A DNA stretch of 49,636 nt from Gemmatimonadaceae bacterium (GTDB lineage: Bacteria > Gemmatimonadota > Gemmatimonadetes > Gemmatimonadales > Gemmatimonadaceae). This document shows positions 44,510-49,636 of this stretch, one piece after another; positions within the stretch are counted from its first letter, which is position 1, and each line of letters opens with the position of its first letter. The position numbers were made by a program, and so were the translations under genes. The stretch covers positions 1 to 49,636 of the forward strand of contig JAYVNZ010000006.1 in assembly GCA_043758185.1 (NCBI GenBank). The letters are read 5' to 3'. The notes under the pieces were generated by a model. The model worked only from the letters and a program-made list of their open reading frames with translations, searched no databases and had not been told where the DNA came from.

Positions 44510-46561
44510 ATGCCGACTTCTGATCGCCCCCTCCTCGCTGCTCTCGCCCAGATGGCCGAGGGGGTGATCGTCGCCGACGCGGATGGAAATCTGGTGTTCG
44601 TGAACGCTGCTGCCTCGCGCATGCACGGCGTCGAGACGCTTGGCGTCGGTGTCGAAGGGTATGCCGACGCGTTCCACCTCCTGACGGAGGACGGGAGGCC
44701 ATACCCGAGCAGCGAGCTTCCGCTGGCGCGCGCCGTACTTCGCGGCGAGACCGTGATCGACGAACGCTGGCGCATCCGCCACACCGATGGTCGCGAGATT
44801 CTGGCCCTCGGCAGCGCGCGACCGGTATTCGACGAGGCGGGCATCCAGATCGCCTCGGTGCTCACCATGCGCGACGACAGTGGCCGCGATGTGCAGGCCC
44901 GGCTCCAGCAAGAACGCAACATCCTTGAACGCCAGCTGCACGACGCGTTTGCACAATCGCCAAGGAGCACCGTCGTATACGATGCGAGTGGGAAGCCGCT
45001 GGCGGTGAATCGTGCCTTCGAGCGACTGTGGGGCGCGGGGCTTTCAGATGTGCCGGCAGGTTATTCGGTGCTCACCGATCCACAGCTTGCCGCGTCCGGA
45101 GCGACGCCGGCATTGCACCGGGTGTTCGGTCTGGATGGCACCAGAACAGAGGACGGAGCCGGCGCGCCCGTCACTTTTCCCGCGTTGCGCTACGACATGT
45201 CCGATTCCGCAGGCAAGGGGCGCACGCTCTGGACCCGGGCGCACGCGTATCCCGTTCGTGATGCGAGCGGTGAGATCGAGCGCGTGATCCTTGCCCACGA
45301 GGACGTCACTGCCAGCCGTGAAGCCGAGTTCGCGCGCGAGCGCACAACGGGCCTTCAATCGCTCACCGCGGCATTATCGCAGGCATCGACCATCAACGAG
45401 GTGGCCGAGGCCATCGTCGCGCACGCGGCATCGATACTTGGGGGCATCGGCATTGTCGTTGCGAGACCGTCGCCGGATGGCGAGTACCTGGAGCTCGTGT
45501 GCGCGTCCGACATGCCGGACGATTTGCGCGCGGTCTGGCAGCGTTTTCCGATCTCGGCGGAGGTGCCACTGGCGGACGTCGCGCGGACGCATGAGCCGCT
45601 CTACATCGAGTCGCAGGCGCAGCTGCAGGCGCAGTACCCCCACCTGGTGGAGTGGTTCGATGCAGCGGGACATCAGGCCACTGTCGTGTTGCCTTTGCTG
45701 TCGAGTGACCGGCTTCAGGGCGTCATGGGCGCCGCGTTCGGGACGTCGCAGCGGTTCAACGAGGACTATCACGCGATGGCCGTTACCCTCGCCCGCCTGT
45801 GCGCGCAGGCCTTCGAGCGCGCGCGGCTCTTCGAGTCGGAGCGACTCGCGCGCGAATCCGCGGAGACCGCGAACCGCGCGAAGAGCGAGTTCCTGGCAGT
45901 GATGTCGCACGAGTTGCGAACGCCGCTGAATGCCATTGGCGGCTATGCAGAGCTCATCGAACTCGGCATCCGCGGCCCGGTGAGCGAGGACATGCGCAAG
46001 GACCTGCAACGGATCCAGATGAGCCAGCGTCACCTGCTCGGCCTCGTGAACGGCGTACTGAACTACAGCCGCGTGGAGGCGGGCGCGGTCACGTACGACC
46101 TGCGGGAGATCGAGCTGGACGAGGTGCTCGCGAGCTGCGAGGCACTGGTTTCGCCGCAGATCCGCAACAAGAGGCTGACGCTACAGTACGTCCAGCCGGA
46201 CGAGTCGCTTGTGGTGAGGGCGGATGGGGAGAAGCTGCAGCAGGTACTGCTCAACCTGCTGACGAATGCAATCAAGTTCACGGAGCCGGGTGGCAGCATC
46301 GAGCTGTCGTGTGTGCGCGCCGGCAATGAGGTCCGCGTCTGTGTGGCGGACACGGGGCGGGGGATCGCCCTGGATCAGTTGTCGCGGGTGTTCGAGCCGT
46401 TCGTGCAGGTCGACGCGCGGCTCACACGCACTCAGGAAGGGGTTGGCCTGGGGTTGGCGATCAGCCGGGATCTCGCACGCGGGATGGGTGGAGACCTGAC
46501 GGCGGAGAGCGCGTTGGGCGAGGGAAGCAGATTCACCCTGAACCTCCCGGTTGCCCATTGA
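44510..46561 (+). CDS. sensor histidine kinase (PAS-PAS-GAF-HisKA-HATPase), no adjacent response regulator
   Basis: Has the H-box SHELRTPLNAI, the N-box LLNLLTNAIKFT, and G-boxes DTGRGI and GVGLGLAISR. The sensor region has two PAS-like segments and a GAF-like segment and no TM helix. Confidence 0.92.
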   Translation: MPTSDRPLLAALAQMAEGVIVADADGNLVFVNAAASRMHGVETLGVGVEGYADAFHLLTEDGRPYPSSELPLARAVLRGETVIDERWRIRHTDGREILALGSARPVFDEAGIQIASVLTMRDDSGRDVQARLQQERNILERQLHDAFAQSPRSTVVYDASGKPLAVNRAFERLWGAGLSDVPAGYSVLTDPQLAASGATPALHRVFGLDGTRTEDGAGAPVTFPALRYDMSDSAGKGRTLWTRAHAYPVRDASGEIERVILAHEDVTASREAEFARERTTGLQSLTAALSQASTINEVAEAIVAHAASILGGIGIVVARPSPDGEYLELVCASDMPDDLRAVWQRFPISAEVPLADVARTHEPLYIESQAQLQAQYPHLVEWFDAAGHQATVVLPLLSSDRLQGVMGAAFGTSQRFNEDYHAMAVTLARLCAQAFERARLFESERLARESAETANRAKSEFLAVMSHELRTPLNAIGGYAELIELGIRGPVSEDMRKDLQRIQMSQRHLLGLVNGVLNYSRVEAGAVTYDLREIELDEVLASCEALVSPQIRNKRLTLQYVQPDESLVVRADGEKLQQVLLNLLTNAIKFTEPGGSIELSCVRAGNEVRVCVADTGRGIALDQLSRVFEPFVQVDARLTRTQEGVGLGLAISRDLARGMGGDLTAESALGEGSRFTLNLPVAH

Positions 46562-46666
46562 TGTGTGAGGGGAGACTACGAAACAGGGCGATTGGTTTGT
46601 ATTACAAAGTACTTGTCGAAACGAAGACAGGAGCGGGGATTCCTCGTTCACCCACCGGACTCCGCC

Positions 46667-47092
46667 ATGTTGAAGACTCTCACATCGCTTTCGTCATCCA
46701 TGAATGTGCTCGGCGGCGCCGTGCTCGTCGTCACCTTCGTCGGAAACGCGCTCACAGACCCGTTACGCCATGTCCCGATCGTCGTGCTCGTCATCGGTTC
46801 ATCGATGATGATCCAGGGACTCTATTGCCTGGGATACACGCTCGGCTGGTGGGAAGCGTGGGGAGAGCTTCCGTCGGGCGCGCTGCTGGCAGGCCAACTC
46901 ATCTCGGCGTGCGCCGGCGTGGCGCTCCTCATCTACGGAGTCATCTATAGCGACCGCTCCTCGCGCGGCGATTTCGAGCCGGCGCCCTTGCTCGCGGGGT
47001 TGATGATTCTCGTCAATGCGTTGCTCGCGCTGCTGCTGCTTGCGTCCAGCGGAACCCTCATGCCCAGGCGGCGCGCGCGTGCAGGAACCTGA
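46667..47092 (+). CDS. hypothetical small membrane protein (4 TM)
   Basis: Hydrophobic segments start from ATG 46667 (MLKTLTSLSSSMNVLGGAVLVV...). The upstream part of the track ORF lies in AT-rich sequence. Confidence 0.55.
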   Translation: MLKTLTSLSSSMNVLGGAVLVVTFVGNALTDPLRHVPIVVLVIGSSMMIQGLYCLGYTLGWWEAWGELPSGALLAGQLISACAGVALLIYGVIYSDRSSRGDFEPAPLLAGLMILVNALLALLLLASSGTLMPRRRARAGT

Positions 47093-47205
47093 TCACTTCG
47101 AAGGTCGACTCCGACGCCCTCGCCGCCCGGCTCCAGGACCGCCGGACGGTGAATCGGTTCATGCTGTGACGCGTTGGCCGACATCAAGCGCCGGCCCACC
47201 AGCAC

Positions 47206-48153
47206 TCACGTCGTAGCGGCCCGCTCTGCTCGCACGTGGCACAGCCAGTTGTGCCGGTCTTCACTCTTGCCGTGCACGAGATCCATGAACGTGCGCTGGA
47301 GCACCTTGGTCACCTCGCCCGTGCGACCGATGCCGACCTTGATCTTGTCGACGCTGCGCACTGGCGTGACTTCGGACGCGGTGCCGGTAAGGAAGATCTC
47401 GTCTGCGGTGTACAGCACGTCCCGCTGGAGCGGCTGCTCGTGCACCTCCATTCCCGCATCGCGCGCGATGGTGATGATGCTGTCGCGCGTTATGCCGGGG
47501 AGCAACGTGCCGTTGGCCGGCGTGGTATAGATCGCGCCCTTCTGCACGACGAACACGTTCTGGCCTGACCCTTCGCTGATCATGCCATCCGGGCCGAGCG
47601 CAATGGCTTCGTCGTAGCCGTTGGCCAGGGCTTCCATCTTGATGAGCTGCCCGCCGAGGTAATTGCCCGCCACCTTGGCCATGGACGGCGTGGTGTTGGG
47701 CGCCATGCGATGCCAGCTGGAGACGCAGGCGTCGGCACCGTTCTCCATTGCATGGTCGCCGAGGTACGCGCCCCAGGGCCAGCAGGGGATGAAGACTTCC
47801 ACCGGGCTGTCGAAGGGCACCATGCCGGCGGCGCCGTACCCGCGCAGCACCATGGGGCGCACGTAGCACGAATCGAGGCCGTTCTTCTCGACCAGTTCGC
47901 AGGTTGCGGCCACGATCTCGTCAACGGAGTACGGCACATCCATGCGATAGATCTTGCACGAATTCATCATGCGCTGGAGGTGATCCTCCAGCCGGAAGAT
48001 GGCGGGCCCGCGCGGGGTGGCGTAGCAGCGGATGCCTTCGAACACGGACGACCCGAACTGCATGGAATGCGAGAGCACATGGACGTTCGCGTCCTGCCAC
48101 GGGATGAACTCTCCGTCGCGCCAGATCCACTCGGTGGGTTGCAGCTTGGCCAT
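47206..48153 (-). CDS. ilvE: branched-chain amino acid aminotransferase (class IV)
   Basis: The N-terminus is MAKLQPTEWIWRDGEFIPWQDANVHVLSHSMQFGSSVFEGIRCY, with class IV aminotransferase blocks throughout. ATG 48153 lies 7 nt after GGAG; the track start is a TTG two codons upstream. Confidence 0.93.
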   Translation of the reverse strand: MAKLQPTEWIWRDGEFIPWQDANVHVLSHSMQFGSSVFEGIRCYATPRGPAIFRLEDHLQRMMNSCKIYRMDVPYSVDEIVAATCELVEKNGLDSCYVRPMVLRGYGAAGMVPFDSPVEVFIPCWPWGAYLGDHAMENGADACVSSWHRMAPNTTPSMAKVAGNYLGGQLIKMEALANGYDEAIALGPDGMISEGSGQNVFVVQKGAIYTTPANGTLLPGITRDSIITIARDAGMEVHEQPLQRDVLYTADEIFLTGTASEVTPVRSVDKIKVGIGRTGEVTKVLQRTFMDLVHGKSEDRHNWLCHVRAERAATT

Positions 48154-48191
48154 CGTCAATCTCCGTTGATTTCAATAAAAAACAAACAAAA

Positions 48192-48220
48192 ACAGGTCCT
48201 TCGCTTCACTCAGGACGACA
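48192..48220 (-). repeat. GTCGTCCTGAGCG-AGCGAAGGAC element, single unit, overlapping the M20 peptidase stop codon
   Basis: Plus strand reads ACAGGTCCTTCGCTTCACTCAGGACGACA. On the minus strand it is followed by CTGTTTTTGTTTGTTTTTTATTG (48168-48193). Confidence 0.9.
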
Positions 48221-49595
48221 CCAGGGACAGCTCGTCCCACAGCGTGGCGACTGCTCGCATGCCGGTGGTGAAATTGTCCATGCTCATCCATTCGTCCGGC
48301 GCATGCGCATTCTCGCCGGGCAGCCCGAAACCTACAAGAAGCACCGGGGCGCCGAGTATCCGCTCGAAATCCCCGACCACCGGGATGGAACCGCCCTCGC
48401 CGGTGATGACCGGCTCCCTGCCGAAGGCCGCACGCAGTGCGCGGCGTGCAGCGTCGAACAGCGGACCGGTGAGCTCCGCGCGCCATGGTCGGCCACCGTG
48501 CAGGTGCGTGACGTTTACCGTCACGCCAGACGGCGCGACACGTGCCACGTGGGCCTTCATGAGCGACTCGATTACAGCGGGATCCTGGCCGGGCACCAGT
48601 CGGCAGCTCACCTTGGCCATGGCCCTGGCCGGTAACACGGTCTTGGCACCCTCCCCCGTGTAGCCGCTGAGCAGGCCGTTCACCTCGCAGGTGGGACGCG
48701 TCCACAGCTGCTCGAGAATGGAATACCCCTCCTCACCGCCGAGTGCCACCGAGCCGGTCTCGGCACGGAAGTGCTCTGCGTCGAAGGGGAGGGCTTTCAT
48801 CTGCTCACGGACGTGTGCCGGCCATTCGGCCACGGCATCGTAGAAGCCTGGGATGGTGACGCGCCCGCTGGGATCGTGGAACGTGGCCAGCACACGCGCG
48901 AGGGCCATGGCCGGATTGACGACGGCGCCGCCGTAGCTGCCCGAGTGGAGGTCCTGCGCGGGGCCTTGTACGTCGAGCTGGAAGTAGGCGAGCCCCCGGA
49001 GTGACGACAGGATGCTGGGCAGGCCGGGCGCAAACATGGCCGAGTCGGAGATCACCACCGCGTCGCAGGCAAGCTCGCTCGCGTGCGCCTCGATGAACGG
49101 AGCCAGGTGCGCGCTACCCACCTCCTCTTCACCTTCGGCAAGGACGATCACGTTCACCGGCAGCCGGCCGCGCGCCGCGAGATGGGCCTCGAGGGCCTTG
49201 ATGTGCAGGAACAACTGTCCCTTGTCGTCCACGGACCCGCGGGCATACACGCGGCCGTTGCGGATGGTGGGTTCGAAGGGCGGCGAGGTCCAGAGGTCGA
49301 GCGGCTCGGCGGGCTGGACGTCGTAATGTCCGTAGACAAGCACGGTGGGCGCGCCCGGGGGGGCGCCGCGCCACTCGCCAACAACCACTGGATGGCCCGC
49401 CGTGGCGTGCACCGTGGCGGAGAGACCGGCGGCTCGCAGGGAGTCGGCGGTCCACTCGGCAGCGCGGATCGTGTCCGCGTCGTGCTCGGAGCGCGCGCTC
49501 ACGCTGGGAATCCGGAGGAATGCAAAGAGCTCGTCGCGGATTCGTGCGTCGTGGGCGGTGAGCCAGGCGTGGAGATCAGGCGGAACTGAGGTCAT
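48210..49595 (-). CDS. M20-family metallodipeptidase
   Basis: Has HYDVQPAEPLDLWTSPPFEP...GRVYARGSVDDKGQ, the metal-ligand blocks (EGEEEVGS) and a dimerisation-domain insert. 461 aa. Confidence 0.9.
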   Translation of the reverse strand: MTSVPPDLHAWLTAHDARIRDELFAFLRIPSVSARSEHDADTIRAAEWTADSLRAAGLSATVHATAGHPVVVGEWRGAPPGAPTVLVYGHYDVQPAEPLDLWTSPPFEPTIRNGRVYARGSVDDKGQLFLHIKALEAHLAARGRLPVNVIVLAEGEEEVGSAHLAPFIEAHASELACDAVVISDSAMFAPGLPSILSSLRGLAYFQLDVQGPAQDLHSGSYGGAVVNPAMALARVLATFHDPSGRVTIPGFYDAVAEWPAHVREQMKALPFDAEHFRAETGSVALGGEEGYSILEQLWTRPTCEVNGLLSGYTGEGAKTVLPARAMAKVSCRLVPGQDPAVIESLMKAHVARVAPSGVTVNVTHLHGGRPWRAELTGPLFDAARRALRAAFGREPVITGEGGSIPVVGDFERILGAPVLLVGFGLPGENAHAPDEWMSMDNFTTGMRAVATLWDELSLVSS

Positions 49596-49636
49596 CCGTG
49601 CGAAACGAAAAGGGTGGAAGGTGCGTATCGAACTGG

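Overview
This is a high-GC, gene-dense chromosomal segment with about 40 protein genes, from a diderm bacterium. Evidence for the diderm envelope is an Omp85/TamB pair, outer-membrane beta-barrels and many lipobox signals. Gene content and the style of the intergenic repeats suggest a soil lineage such as Gemmatimonadota or Acidobacteriota, but that is inference only.

Recognisable content: a KamA-like radical SAM enzyme (5' partial), a DUF2520-panC-panB unit, an EF-G paralogue, a large STAND-type ATPase, a DUF1800/DUF1501 pair, PBP1A and a regulator cluster. It also holds rho, a TamA-like Omp85 plus TamB, a PQQ dehydrogenase plus cytochrome c, and sdhC-sdhA-sdhB plus one extra gene. The remainder is a tandem SGNH esterase, an SDR, an S9 peptidase, a PAS/GAF histidine kinase, ilvE and an M20 peptidase. 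I recognised no rRNA, tRNA, CRISPR array, transposase, integrase or phage gene.

Because of the GC content, nearly every real gene is shadowed by long antisense or off-frame ORFs in the track. I rejected those on composition (Arg/His/Pro-rich, no motifs).

Highest-rated observations not explained by the gene list:
1. A family of G-rich elements (GGGGGACAG / CGCTCGCTGGACGGGGGAC) sits within 0-6 nt after four stop codons, always G-rich on the sense strand.
2. A second dispersed element (sense TGTCGTCCTGAGCGMAGCGAAGGACCTGCT) sits between co-directional genes at four loci. One locus is inside the sdh operon, one donates a stop codon, and one stays open in frame with the next gene.
3. The rho/omp85 spacer is built almost entirely of three repeat blocks, including 11 tandem heptamers.
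4. A 1044-aa protein combines a degenerate GGDEF domain, an AAA_16 ATPase and TPR repeats.
5. A regulator island contains a DHp-only protein.
6. An EF-G paralogue lacks the switch-II His and the NKxD motif.

I cannot name one complete new system with certainty. The two sense-oriented post-stop repeat families are my strongest candidates for something undescribed.
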